This document shows, piece after piece, positions 23,176 to 37,170 of a DNA stretch of 64,000 nucleotides. The notes under the pieces are model-generated. The model saw only the letters and a program-made list of their open reading frames with translations, searched no databases and was not told the origin of the DNA. The stretch spans positions 80,659,451-80,723,450 of the forward strand of contig JAUZTB010000135.1 in assembly GCA_034780895.1 (NCBI GenBank), written 5' to 3'. The position numbers were made by a program, and so were the translations under genes. The first letter of the stretch is position 1, and each line of letters begins with the position of its first letter. This DNA is from Rhynchobatus australiae (Eukaryota).

Positions 23176-26143
23176 CACCTTTGTTCCTTGTTTTCACCCT
23201 CCATTCTTCCTCGAGAGGGGGAACCATTCAAAATACTAAGAAAGTTGGAAGGTCAAAACCAACGTAACCTCCATTTTTAATTCAGGATGAAGAGCAACAG
23301 GTCCACAAGATGAGTTTTTAATGGAATTAATTACTTATTACTTTATCAAGGTTATCGCTAGACCTGTGATACCCCACTATTTCCAGAATAAATTTTTTTT
23401 TAACCAAGATATAAAATGTTTGCTTAATGTTTCTGACTTTTGATATTGCAATCTCATTCTATTTTCTATTTATGAACTTCCTGTTCACCTTTCCCTGAAT
23501 TCTAAAATTATCCCAGTCCTCATTCATGAAGAACATGTTTTTGCAAATTATGATATTTTTTGCATTGAAAAGCTCACTATTGATTAGGTGCTATCATACC
23601 TTACAACCTAATTTCTCAATCTACTTTAAATACAAAGATATGAGGTGAAAGTTAGTTAAGATATCAGTTTCAGACTTAATCATACTCAAGCTCAGTGTAA
23701 AGCTTTGCCATTTTCTGATTCACCTTCCTAAGAGGGCTCTTCATTATGAAGTTGTTAATTAACAGTGCTTCATGGCACAATACCAGGCAGTACGCTAGAA
23801 ATCTAACTTGAATGCATTTCATGAATTTGTTCTCCAGACTGTTATTCCAAAATTATATTGAGCAGCCTAAAAAAGACTGAATTCTCCCAGAATTGTTGTA
23901 TTACATGTGTTGTATGCACCTCTGATTTCCTAATTTACATAGCCTGACATTTAAACTACTGTTAATTGGCCAATAAACTACCCCTGCCAATGCCTTTTGA
24001 CCTTTGATTTGTTTTTGCTCCACCCAAAGCGATTTTCCATCTTGATTTTCCAATCCTACATCTTTTTCTCGGCAGTGTTTATGCCATCCTTTATTATCTG
24101 GATTAATTGCTCTTGTTCTTTGCCATTTTAACTATCCTTTTTACTACTCAAGTATGCTGGAATATGTGGGCTGAGAAATAAGGTATGAAAGCCTTTGTTT
24201 TGAGCACTACAGGTGTCAAATTTATTCCAAGGTGACATCTGAAACCTGATGCATGTCTACAGCACTGATTACGCTGGCTGCTACATTCCTAAGGTGGCTG
24301 TGTATGTGCTGAACATTAAATGATATTTGTCTTGATTCAAGCCTGCTGCACAAACTAGGCATTTACACTCAAAGTTGCATTCATGACTTCTCAGAGTGCA
24401 AAATATTTCAGAGATTGAGTCAAAGGTTAGGAAGAGCAGGAAGAGGTGAGGAAGGAGGAGGAGGAAAGAGGGGCACTCAACAGAAGGCATTTGTAGCTGG
24501 GGTGCCAGGGAACAGTTCTACATGCACCTCTGTGTGATAGTCTGAAAGATACCTATGTTTCAGTTACCATGATCTCATTGAAATATAGCACTTGCTGCAG
24601 GGACTACCAGAACCTCAGGGAAAGGCAAGGAGAGAACTAAATGCGGCTGTTAAGGAAATCACTTAGATGAAAGTTTCCTTTCAGGTTGGAGCTGTCGATA
24701 TTTGCATCATTGCGTAGTTTGTTGCCTGCTTTTGGGTAAGGGAGCTCACCGCTACTCTCTATTCAAAGATAACTGAACAGGTTTATACTCCCTCTTGTCA
24801 GAGGGCAGCAGCAAAGGCATCTCACTGGAGATGCAAGGCTTCCCTGGGGAACAGGGGGCTGATGATTGCTTATACATCACCTTGTGGGCTCCTTATCTAA
24901 ACTCCAATATGCACCACAACCTGAAACATTTCATCTCCCTTGACACCCAGCTGGTGTGCATCATACATTCTGTAGTCATGATGCCCTCAGCATTTCAGGC
25001 ACCAAGGCAAACCAAAAGGTAGATTTGAATGATACAGGCTTCCAGCTGATTACCTGGTTCATGATTCTGGTGCACAATCCAGGCATCCTGTATAGAAGAG
25101 CATGATGCCACACTAACATGGAGAGCAGTCAACCAGTGCACTGAAACAACTGCGCTGCCTGGAGGAGCCCACAATGTGCAGCACAGTCGATGTCAGGATT
25201 TATGCTGGTCTGCTGCAAGCTCACAGCCTTTGCCACCACCACTGGCACAGAAAACAGCTGCAGAACAGTAGCGGGAAGGCATGAAGAAACCAACGCAGCT
25301 TCTGTCTGACACTGCTGTCCATGGCGATACCATTACATACAACAGCAGTTCCTCATTCATCAGTTGTCTCACAACTTACCTTCCTCTCAGTTGTAAACTC
25401 TCACATTATCCACTGGCTTACAAACCAAAAGTAAAATCCAGTCCAAAATAAACAGCTGTTTGGCTGGTGAGCAAGCAGCAGCAGCATTGGCACCATGAGT
25501 GCATTCAGCTTGAGGGAGAACAGCAGATTTTGCCACAACCGCAGGTCAACACCTCAATAACCCCAGGATTCTGTTGGAGGACATATTGTGCTCTTAGCTC
25601 ACTTGTTACCTACTGCTGAAATGACAACAGTCTGGGCTTCCACAGCAATGCCCAGACATTGAAGGTGTCTGCTTGTGCTGCAATGGAAGCTGCAGCATGG
25701 TTGGGTCCCTAAATGAATTCATGGATTACCCTTCACACAGCAAAGGCTAGACTCCAAATTCAATGCAATGCTCTGTGCAAGGTTGGTGACATGCTCTTCT
25801 CTGCTCTTTGTAAACTTTGTTCTGGCAAGCTTGCATATGTGTTTTTCATTGTTCATACCGATCAGCATTCTTCTTGGCCTGCCCCCACCTCTGGAGGTCC
25901 ACCTCTGAGTCCTCCTCAGAACCCATCAATGATCTAAACCTCGAAAGAGGTGGCACCTACACTATCCTTTCTCCATGGCTGGCTGCAGATCACTTAAGGC
26001 CAGCATTGTACCCTGTGCAGATCCCACCTCTAAATTGAGCCTTGAATTATGCATCAGAGCTGGCATTCAGTAACTTGTGTGTTCATCATGATTGTCACCG
26101 TGATCTGCAATGTCTGTCACTGCCTGAACAGGCTGCAGCTCTT

Positions 26144-26250
26144 ATAGAACATAGAACACTACAGCACAGTACGGGCCTTCCAGCCCACAATGTTGTGCCA
26201 ACATTTTATCCTGCTCTAAGATCTATCTAGCCCTTCCCTCCCACAGAGCC
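26144..26250 (-). mobile_element. CR1 3' tail fragment
   Basis: atagaacatagaacactacagcacagtacgggccttccagcccacaatgttgtgcc. Confidence 0.7.
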
Positions 26251-27267
26251 CCGACTCCCTCACATGACTCTCTGAAAGAAGGGCATATGTGTAGGGCTGC
26301 ACGAGATGACCAGGGTAAGGAGATGTCTGTTTACACAGTAACAGTTTGGAAATAAATTGTATGTTGTCGGACAAGAGAGGGGAGAGATGGGATGTGAGAT
26401 AGAGGACTGTGTATAAACATCTTCTACTGTATTTCCCCTACTTTTGGAACCAGCCTGAACAATGCCCACTCCAATGATGGTGAGTACCATCTCCTCCTTA
26501 TAGCTGTCATGAAGCTCTGCTCTTCTCCAGCACTGAGACTGCTTCTATCAATGCAGCATCTTGTCCTGAAATAGCAGAGGGTAATGTATCAGTGGGCATC
26601 ACACAATACATTTACGTGATGTGCCTGTCATTGTTAATTGGCTGGTAATGTATGTACGCCTCAGTATTTATGTATGAAGCTTGCATATTGCCAACTGTGT
26701 GGAGATGTAATGAACCTAGGAATGCTAAACACTGACTGTTGTAGATGGTTGATGGCGAGAGATAAGGAAGCTGTGAATTAAACAGTATCTGAAATTGGTG
26801 ATGGCCGATGGAATGCATTTGAAGATGCAGTCACCAATTTTGTAGGGCCATTCAAACCTGGTTGTATTGCTTTCAGGTTTTCAGTGATCGACTCCTGCTA
26901 TTGATTACTACAGTTATCTTCTAGCATTGCCTTGACAGAATTTATCAGGAGGGCCCCCTTATTCCCTGTGGATAGATTACATCTCGCCCTCTATACTTCC
27001 TGGACCAAAGCGTCCCGTGCAGTGCATGAAACGTACAAAATCTGGTCTCCACCATGAGTGCTATTTTTACTGTTTTCCAAGTCAACATCAGTCAGAGAAC
27101 ACTTGCCAGCAAAAGCCACAATCAACTTTGCTGTAAGAGGCTGAGGTGGTTTTAAGTAAGGCAAACAAGCTTTAAAGTAATGCTAATCACACTCAGAAAT
27201 GGCTCTCGTAAAATCAGGATCCAATGAACAGCACAATTATTGTTGGCTGCAACCATTGTGAAATTGA

Positions 27268-27390
27268 GCTGATCAAGGATCTTTGCCTGAAACGTTATTT
27301 TTCCCCCACAGATGCTGTCTGACCTGCTGAGTGTTTCTAGCAGATTTGTTTTTATTTCAATTTCCAGCATCTGCAGTGTTTTTGATTTTC
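27268..27390 (+). mobile_element. Penelope-like terminal-repeat fragment
   Basis: ctgatcaaggatctttgcctgaaacgtt...cacagatgctgtctgacctgctgagtgtttctagcag...ttccagcatctgcagt. Confidence 0.6.
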
Positions 27391-30300
27391 ACCCATTCAG
27401 TCCTGCAGCTTTAACTTCTTTGTTCCTGCTTTTAAATTTAACCCTTCCTGAATCCTTCTACCACATTTCATTAACGTTAGGCCCTATTTACCAACTTAGT
27501 TATTTGATTCACTGGGAAATTTGTCCTGGAGTGGGTTAAATAGAGTCCATCCCAAGAGAACAACTCAGTTTTTCCCCAGAAATGGTGCCAGTGCCCCATG
27601 AACATAACCCCTTTCTTCTCACATCACCTCTTCAGCCAAGCATTTAAATTTCTGAGTTTGACTCAGAGGAAGGAAGAATGCTCAGCAGCCTATAGGTCAT
27701 GCTCACAGAAAGTTAATAGCTCTAAGAAATATTACTGAGAAAGGGACAGGGAGTTGTTAACAATTTCCCAAATACTTTGGTCACACATGATCAAATGTGG
27801 AGCTCAAGCAAAGTAATACATTTTAACATATACATATTGTGTCATTTAAATTGATTTCACTCATCATTGATCTAAGCTTAGAAGTAGTAGCATTTGCAAG
27901 TATGTGAAACAAATGAACGAGTACATCTTTTGGCTGGAATTACAGCTTTTAGTTGAGAACATCAAACTATTACAGCAATAAAAATTAAGTGCACTTAAAA
28001 CTGTAGTCTTCCTAAAACACAAAATTTAAGAAGTCTGCTCTCTAATTTTGACCAAATTTCTGGCAGTACACAGACAACCAACTATTTTTTCAATGCAACA
28101 CTGTCAGTTTAGCTGCAGCAGCAAATGTATACCTGGATAATCTAATTCTGTCAGCATAGGAAGGAATGCTTTTAAATTAAGCTTGATCAGTCTACCAAAA
28201 CCCTGTCTTCACTAGTGAAAATAAACTAATCCAGATTGATCTGAATCACTGCAGCAAATCCACACATACCAAAATGTTGATGGCAATTAGTTCTTATCAG
28301 AGAAAAAAGGGTAGGTGGTCTGTTATTAAAACCTGATTTGGATTACTGAAGAAAGTAACTGTAGTCACTCACTGCTTCAGTACAGCAAAATAACTTGCAA
28401 CTACTGTAGGTAGTATTTGATTTTAGTTCTTACAGACTCTCTTAACAATGGCTTGTGTGCATTTTTAAATATTCTTTTAAATTTCTTGGTGTTACAGACA
28501 AACCTGGTGGAGATCACCAAAAGAAGAGTGAATTCAGCTTACTAAAGTTCGAATTCCTTTCCTTCTTCAGTTGAGTTTCAGGTCGGATCTGGAGCAAAGT
28601 TCACTGCAGCAGAACACTGCTGTAAAATATTTGATGTTTCACTGGCAAAAGGGTCAAATACATACCAAGTTACATGCTTTTTACTTCAAAAATGCTACAC
28701 AGCAAACAGTGATTTTGCCTCTTTATCCTTATCTCTATTTCTATACAATGGCCCCACCTTTGCACCAAGGTTTAACATTTTCACTGCATCACACACTACT
28801 TCTTGGTTGAATAAGCCCACAGAAGACTTACTCCTACAACTATTAACAAGGACATTCTTCAAGTAACTTGTTCAGTTGTATGTATGAATAGCCCATCTTA
28901 ACTTTCAATTTTCACCCATTTTAAAATTGTACATAGAGCCTGCTGATGGGATTGGAAAAATCAGGATCAATCAGGATACCATGAGTGCACAGCTGTCTAA
29001 CCACCTCAAAGTTTGTTAAACCTTTAGTCACATCAACTATTTCTTGTATCTGACTAAAAGCTTCTGTGCATGAACAAAGATGTGACCAAGAATAGGTTTA
29101 GTTATGATGAATCACAATTAGTCAGCTATTGGATAATTTTTACACATTTTTGGCAGGAAAACACTAGATACACTACAGTGGTCAAGATACACTATTTTTA
29201 CAACATTATTAAAAGTAAATGGATAAAATTTTAATGTCAATGTATAATATTTTTTTCATTGTTCCTTGTAAACCAAGGACTTGGTGATGACTCTAATATA
29301 CCCAGAGGGCTTCATGGACAAACCCTAGCAAGGAATAGTGCCATCTGGGAAGATATTGTACAAATACAAAAATATATGAAGTGAACTTGAGTTCAAATAA
29401 CTTTGCTGATTTTTATGTTAAAAATGGACTTCATTCTGGCAATGACTAAGGATAAACACCTTAAATTCAGATACATTTTTGATAGCTTATGCCAACTGGA
29501 ACTTGCCAAATCAAACAATTACACAAAAACTTAATTCTATTCCATTTTTGGATTGTTTGACCGACACAAAGAAGTCTCATTTCTCTCCAAATCAAAGTTA
29601 TTAACTGCCCAGGTGCTCTGTATATTAGTCTTGTCACACATTCAAATTTTTATATTTAAAAAGCTCTGATTCTAATAATCTACATTTTGAATTTAGTATT
29701 CATGTAAGAACACCCTATATTGCCACCGAACCCCAGAGTTGAATATTTTTGTGTTTTAAGCTTTCTATTACAGAAACGTGCTGTCCATCTTTAGCTGACT
29801 ACATTTTACAAGCATGCCACATTCAACAGTGATATTAAAAAACACTATAAATTCAGAAATCATTTGAGACTCCATCCATGGCACAACACACCACCAAATG
29901 CAACACATGCTTACATTTTGTCTTAGAAAGCAAACCAAATTTACAATATAAATATACTTACACAATTTAGCAAGATCTTAACATTACAAAGTATTTTATT
30001 TTTCTAGGCTCTTGGATTACTAATCTAGTCTTCCTGTATCTCCTGTTTGCTTTGAATGTATCGCCTATGTGCTGTTCTAACCATTTTCTTCATATGACAA
30101 CTGTTTTGGGCCACAATTTGCTCTCAGAATAACTCTCCTTTCCTCCCATTTTCCAACTCTTTACTTAGTCATAGAGTCATACAGCACAGAGACAGACCCT
30201 TCAGTCCTCCATGCAGGCAGGTTCACTTTCTGGACCTGATTTGGATTGTTAACTGATTCCAAATTATCCCTCCTCAGCCTGTGCACTATTAATTTCATGC

Positions 30301-31349
30301 CTTCAATGTGATTGATCAAGGAGATATGAAATTGCTTGCCCTGTCCCATCACTGCAATGTTACCAACTTGCACTTTCAGCAAATTGCCATGCCGGANNNN
30401 NNNNNNNNNNNNNNNNNNNNNNNNNNNNNNNNNNNNNNNNNNNNNNNNNNNNNNNNNNNNNNNNNNNNNNNNNNNNNNNNNNNNNNNNNNNNNNNNAGGA
30501 ACTCCATTATCCTTCTTTCATTTCATGAGAAAATAAATTGCATTTGGTTCCTTCTAGTTATTTTCTAAATAGTTGCAAAATACTTTATTATAATTTTAAT
30601 TAGTCCCAGAATCACAATAATTTTACCAATTGTTATGTTCTGTTCTTCTCAGCACTTGTTATCCCATGAAAACATTCACTGTAATTTTAGAGCCGTTCCC
30701 AACCACTCCACTCATTGCAGAATTCTTATAAAACAACACTTTTCTGGCTTTTGCAAAACCTTTGGTCTCTGGAAAAACATCTTTGCACTCAAATCATCAT
30801 TAAGACTGATGCTCCAACAACTAAATCCACACATCCTGTTGGGCACTCAAGCTATAACCTCATATATTACGTGATGAAAGTATTTTGACCTATGACCGTT
30901 TCATTCCATTCTTCCATATTATGAAATTTACACTAACTTTGAACAGGAGACATTTTAAAAAATTGGTTTTGTGTAGTTGGCTTTGTTATTTTTTTAATGT
31001 CACTCCTCACCATTCATTCCTTCAAAGTTTTTACCTACTTTTGTTTTTCCATTGCTGTGTCTTCAGACAGCTTCCTTCTCCAGAGAATGGTGACTATTAC
31101 CATTCTGTGTTCAGCTGTCAGGTAGATCGGTTTTCTTCTTCCCTTTAGTGGGAAGTTCTTTGCTTTTGAGGGGCAACAATAATCACCTCAGAGAGTACTG
31201 ACAAATTCAGCACATTTGAAAGCAAATGGATACGAGATCAGAAGCTACCACTAGAACCTATGATCGGAAGGTATTATGATGTGTAAGTAATTAACGTTGA
31301 GGCACATCATATATGGGGGCCACATTATTAGCCTAGTATCAGTACAGGT

Positions 31350-31445
31350 GAAACAAACAATCTGCTGGAGAAACTCAGTGGGTCGAGCTGCATCTGTGGG
31401 AGGAACAAAATTGTCAACGTTTTGGGTCGAAACCCTGCATTAATA
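31350..31445 (-). mobile_element. Penelope-like terminal-repeat fragment
   Basis: ctgctggagaaactcagtgggtcgagctgcatctgtgggagg...aacgttttgggtcgaaaccctgcat. Confidence 0.6.
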
Positions 31446-34400
31446 CAGGTGAAGATGAAACACTATTTTCCGTCACCATATAGCAATCTTTAATCGTGAG
31501 ATTAGTATAACTGAAATATGAGAGAAAACAGAAGTTCTGAAGTTCACAAAATTTGAGAATATCACAACAGTACTAGAGAGAAGGTTATTTAAAGAGTGTT
31601 ACATTGTCACTGAGCTTAAAAAGTGAACATATTAAACTTCTGTGCAGTTAGTTTCATGGTGATAAAAAGACAATGAACTGTACAAATTCAGTGAAATACT
31701 AATAAACACCTCAGCTGAGAGAAGATAGATTTTTTAAGGATTTCAGTAATCCATTGCAATGTACCTTTGAATGATGTCTACATCTATATCTTTTCTTAAT
31801 GAACTGCAACACAATTACATACAAGGCAGCAAAGTCGGTGTGCTTTTTTACCGTTTTAGCAACTAAAATCACTGATTATCGCAATGCTTTGTTCCTTTTT
31901 GCAAATAGCTGAAAATGTCCTGATTAAATCACCATCTGAAATGTGAAACCATTTCTTTTCTTAGAATGGACAATTTTGCAAAGGGGGTAATTCAATTATT
32001 TTAGATCTTTGTTGACTGTAATAGCTCAAAGGAAATTCTAGACTAATTTGTGCTAATCTCTTTCATTTTCAGTGTGTTGAACAATTTTATGTGAGGAGCA
32101 ATTGCTCGAAAACAGTTGTCATATGCTTTTAGAGACTGATTGTATCATGACATTACCTAGTATTATCTGTGAGCTCTGGAAAAAGGGAGTGGGTCCAAGT
32201 TTAAATGACAGTGAATGACTTGCATAAAATTTCCCCCATCTTCAAAGAAAAGCTGANNNNNNNNNNNNNNNNNNNNNNNNNNNNNNNNNNNNNNNNNNNN
32301 NNNNNNNNNNNNNNNNNNNNNNNNNNNNNNNNNNNNNNNNNNNNNNNNNNNNNNNNCTTCAAAGAAAAGCTGATGCAACCTCTTGGAGGTGCCATCAAAT
32401 TGACAAATGGGTGCTGTGCAATCCTGTGCCTCCCACTGAAATCTGACCCCTGATTTACACAATATCATCCTGTAAGGAATGTTTAACTCCAGAGTAGAGT
32501 TCAGTCTGATCTATATTAGGTAACATAATCCATTCATTATATATTTCTGCTTTAATTTAAAATGAAAAATATGCAAAAAGAATAATTTATTCTGGTTCTA
32601 TTTGCCAAACTAGTAATAAAAATGAGTCCAATGCAAAGAAATCTATGGTTTAAGGGTCGTTAATTAGTTGCAGGCCACTAACATGATACAAAAATTTAGT
32701 GAAGCCAGAATTCCTCTGTATTAGTAATGATAGATTGGAGCAAATACCAGATTTATAGGTCTCTTAGAATGGACTGATCAAGTGGAATTAATTTTCTCTC
32801 TTAATATAATATCCACTGTAAGCCCACAAATTCTCTTCAAATTTTAATTCTGTTAACATAGGAACTTTCATTCTATTGATCTTTGTTCTACAGTTCTCCC
32901 TGAAATATTTTCCTCTGGCTGTCCTGATCCCTTCCAGTTTCTCGCTTTTGTGCTTCTTAGATTGCGATGGGCTTGAGGTTAAAAGTTTTATAAACAAAAC
33001 AAAATCTTTGGAATCCAATTCAAAGAAACCTCTTTGGTCCTCCCCAGATCACCATCTTGTACCCCCACTGTCTGCTGGGTGTTGGTAAGTCTGAGGTTAA
33101 AATAACATTACAATCAAGAATTTGTTTTCAAGCTTACAATCAAGGCCAACTGCAGACTCTGCACACAAGCTTTCCTGAATCAGGGCTCACCAACATTTAG
33201 AAAGTTGGATTTTCACTGGCCCTTTCAATATGACTCAAGGCTGCTAGATTAATTCAAAGAAAATGTCTACCCACTAATGTCCAATTTTAATAGTGTCCAA
33301 ACAGGTTTGCACTGGAACAAGTGGGAGCCATATCAATCTCAGCAAAAATTTGTGAAATGCTCTCTAAATATTTTTACTTTCCATTGAAAAATATAAAGAT
33401 ATAACTGCTTCTAGCACTACATGTAGTTATTGAACTTTTCATTTTTGAATCTTTTTGCTCCTCCCTTTGAGAGAAGTGGATGGATTTAGGGGCTGATTAA
33501 TACTCTTTCCAAGCAATCTTTAATAACAGTTGTCTGGATCATTAGTTCCATTCAACAGGAGAACATTTGGAGCTCTCAACACCTACACAATGAGGGGGGC
33601 AACTAACATCAACCAATATTGAATACCTTGCTAGATGTCAGAACTAAGAGCTGGAATTCCAGCCACAAGTCACAAGAACCATCTGGAGTCCGGTTCAAAT
33701 TCTCCACCTTCTATTTGAGAGGTTGTAATGCCACTGGTAAGCTAAAGACTCAATCCAAGTTGAAGTAATAACCTTATTATGTTAAGACGTACCTCTAACA
33801 TTCAAACAAGGTTTTATTTTACACAGTAGATATTCTCATCCAACTTCACAAAAAAATTCAGAAATCCTTTAATTACAGTCTAATTGTCCCTTTTCTTCCG
33901 AATATAACCAAATAATGCTGAAAATACTCANNNNNNNNNNNNNNNNNNNNNNNNNNNNNNNNNNNNNNNNNNNNNNNNNNNNNNNNNNNNNNNNNNNNNN
34001 NNNNNNNNNNNNNNNNNNNNNNNNNNNNNNCTAATTGTCCCTTTTCTTCCGAATATAAACAAATAATGCTGAAAATACACAGGAGGTCTGTCAACATTTG
34101 AAAAGGAAAAAGCCGTTGGACATTTCAGACAGAAAGCCTTTGTCAGATCTGATTGAACACCGACAAGAGAGCCCCTTTGTAAGGCTAACCAAAACAAAGG
34201 AAGGGGGCGGGGCACTTAGAACAGCAGGAAAAGGTCCACAATACAAATATACTAACTTCATAAGGGTTAGCTGATCACAGCCAGAGTAGAAGTACTAGGA
34301 CATTTGGCTTTGACACTAGAAGCTAAGGAAAGGAAAATAATTAATAAAAGTTTTCAATGCTAATCATGTTTTAACAACTTTGACCAAAGTTTTCATTTTA

Positions 34401-34534
34401 AAATTGTTCTTGGGATGTGGGCAATGCTCATGAGGTTTTATACCTGAAACATCCAATCCGTTTTCTTTTTCAAATGTTGACAGATCCACTGGGTATTTTC
34501 AGGGGGGCAGATCAAAACATAAAACAAATAGTAA

Positions 34535-34760
34535 CACGGGTGGCAGTAGAGCTGCTGCCTCACTGCTCCTGTGATCTGGGTTCAACCCTGACCTCCGGTG
34601 TCTTCTGCGTGGAGTTGGTGCGTTCTTCCTGTGACTAAGTAGGTTTCCTTCCACATCCCAAAGACATGAGGATTGGTAAGTTAATTGCCCACTGTAAATT
34701 GTCCCTAGTGAGTTTAGAATCTGGAGTGAGATGACGGGAATGTGTGCAGAATCAAATGCT
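34535..34760 (+). mobile_element. tRNA-derived V-SINE (HE1-like), diverged
   Basis: gtagagctgctgcctcac...ggttcaaccctgacc...gtggagttggtgcgttcttcctgtgac...ccacatcccaaagac...tgtaaattgtccctagtg. Confidence 0.7.
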
Positions 34761-35327
34761 CTCGACTGGTGGAATAAGGACTAGTCCAACTTTTAACAGG
34801 TCCGAATGTCTGTCAAAATTCTGAAAGAATTTGCATTTTTACTGGGCTTTTCATGGCCTCATATTAGAGTGGACCACTCCATAAACAAAGAAAAACGTTT
34901 CACAGTCATATATTACATAGGAGGTGGGGTACCCAATCTAGGCACATCCCACAAACCACTATGAATTATTAGACAAGAAGGGAGGACCAATGCCATGGCT
35001 GTGCAGGGGAACTTAAATCTAATCCCCAGCTTCAGGGGTATGCTAAATGCACACATAGTATGCACACATGCATACACCTCCTTACTGTAATTGATGCCTT
35101 TTGCCTTGTTGTTTCCTCCCAGTTCCTCCCTTCTATTCCACCTGTGCACACCCATGACTACCACTGAATCATGAAATGAGATCTGGCTTTCAATGTCCCA
35201 AACAACATCTAAGCAATGGCTTCTCTTCCTGCCTCCTCCTGTTTGTTCCCAAGCCTGGCTCATTATCATAATTATTATCCAGGGCAGTGGAAGAATTCCC
35301 CTGCTCCTTTTTTGAATAGTGGCTCAC

Positions 35328-35391
35328 CTCGGAAACTTTTCTGCATTCCTTCACTGGGTCAAAATCCCGAGGTTCCTTTCCCAACTCCAAT
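35328..35391 (-). CDS. stau2: Probable stau2 internal exon (insert exon 3), (R)LELGKEPRDFDPVKECRKVSE
   Basis: tattgtcctag|A TTG...TCC GAG|gtgagc. 64 nt, phase 2 to 0, and it restores frame after exons 39260-39501 and 38706-38762. Confidence 0.6.
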
Positions 35392-35689
35392 CTAGGACAA
35401 TATTGAACACAAGGGCTGCAACAGTTTAAGGCTCTGGCTCACTAGTATCCCTAAGTACAGTTAGGGATATATTCTGGTCTCACAAGTGATGCTCACATCC
35501 TATGAATGAAAACAAATCCCCTCTGCATCTTTTTTTTAAATTAAGACAGATCATTTAAATATAATTCCGAACTTTCTGTGAAAAAATTATAAAAGTACTG
35601 AATCACAAAAGACAAATATGTGAGCACTGAATGAATCCTGGAACAGGTCTGGGTTGGCAATACTGCACCTTGTTATAACCTAGTGTTTT

Positions 35690-37170
35690 GGTGTTGATGA
35701 TGCACTAAAGAAAAAAAAGTGATTGTCCCAGATAAGTAGACTCCGTTTGACTAGTACGGCATTAAGGAGCCTTATTAAAACTAATGTTAATAGGAATCAA
35801 GAGGAAAAAAATCTCCACTGTTGAAGTTATTTGTGGCACAAAGGAAGGTGGCTGTAGTTGACAGAGATCAGTCATCCCAGCAAGAGCTCCTCAGTACAAT
35901 GTCTTATTCCAAACATCTTCAGCTGCTTCATTCATGGCTTTCATTCCTTCACAAGGACATCCGTGGGAATGTTCACTAATTTATTGTGCAACCTCCTCAG
36001 ATAACGAAGCAGTTCATACCTGCAGGGAGAGAGACCTGGACATCACTCAGGCATGGCTGATAAATGGCAGGTAACATTCTCAGCACACCAATGCCTGGCA
36101 TGACTATCTCCTCAGAGAGAGTCCAACAATTTCGTCTTAAAAGTTATTATCATATTATTATCACTATGCCCTTCATTGATATCAACACACAAAAAGCTGG
36201 AGAAACTCAACCTGTTGATGGAAATGGAGAGTTGGCGTTTCGGGTTGAGAACCTTCATTAGGACTGGAAAGAGGGGAGAAACCAGTATAAAAAGGGTTGG
36301 GGGAAGGGTGGAGCAGGAGCTGGTGGATGATAGGTGGATCGAGGTGTGCTGGGGAGATAGGCGGGGGGGGGGTGGAGGGGAGATGAGTGGGAATGAGATA
36401 AAGGTGGAAATGAAAAAGGGCTGAAGAAGATGGAATCAGATAGGAGAGGACAGTGGACCACGGAATAAAGGGAAGGAGATGGGGAGCAGAACCAGTGGGA
36501 GGAATGTGTGGGTGATGGACATATGGAGACGGTGGGGGAGGGGTGAGAGATAGGTTGATGGGGACCAGTGGGATCAGGAGAAAAAAAAAGGAGGGACAGG
36601 GACAGAAGGGAGTGGTTACCGGAAGTTAGAGAATTTGATGTTCATGCTTCAACAGGTTGGAGCTGGTTTGGAGGGACCAGGAACTAAAATGGACCAGCAA
36701 TATAATCAATGTACTGACAAGAGCAATCAGAGGGTAGGTATCCTGTGATAACTAACTCATATCCTCACTCCCCTCCTGAATCCACAAAGCCTTTCCACCA
36801 CCTGCAAGTCACACTAGTGTCATTTAGTTCCCTCTATTTACCTGGATGTGCAGTCCAATAACATGAAACTGCCCCTTTGAGTGCACTATGGTTGCTGTGT
36901 GTACTATTTATAAGATGCACTGCAACAACTTGACAAAATTTCTTTAAGAGCAACTCAAAATCATTGAAGAGGAGGAGAGCACCAAGAACTTAGGAAATGC
37001 CACTACCATCAAGTGGTCTTCTAGATCACACACCTTTCTAACTTTACAATCTCCATTTCTTCATGCAACATCTGCAACCTGGAGTTCTTTGCAAGTACTT
37101 TCACCCCGAGAACTACAGTGAGCCTAGGCTAATTAGGGATGGGTAATTATCTGGCCTTACACCAACAACC
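35690..37170 (+). mobile_element. CR1/L2-group LINE RT relic interrupted by a Penelope-like element
   Basis: Degenerate AFDxVWHxG, PQxSVLxPxxFSCFI and GMF(A)D motifs at 35730-35985; the family sequence continues after 36665. Confidence 0.55.
36184..36665 (-). mobile_element. Penelope-like retroelement 3' part (end of GIY-YIG ORF plus terminal repeat)
   Basis: Reverse complement has caacctgttgaagcatgaacatcaaattctctaacttccggtaa (QP...MNIKFSNFR*, a PxGMN-type PLE C-terminus), a pyrimidine-rich UTR and a hammerhead-like core. Confidence 0.7.

Noticed and set aside
24400-27150. GC-richer stretch vaguely resembling a decayed Harbinger-type DNA transposon
   Set aside because: No transposase motif, TIR or TSD could be pinned down by eye.
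28543-28588. Minus-strand 46-nt exon-like segment IRPETQLKKERNSNF
   Set aside because: Competing upstream AGs, a weak exonic donor context and no phase-1 partner exon; likely a pseudo-exon.
32788-33092. Minus-strand ORF MDSKDFV...YIKREN and a long frame interrupted by one TGA (possible readthrough or selenocysteine)
   Set aside because: No recognisable homology, no convincing donor, no SECIS seen, and not needed to keep the stau2 exon chain in frame.
33880-34080. About 50-bp direct repeat flanking a 100-N gap (also 17 bp at about 32240/32357)
   Set aside because: Near-identical sequence on both sides of a fixed-size gap is best explained by unmerged contig ends or haplotypes, not a real duplication.
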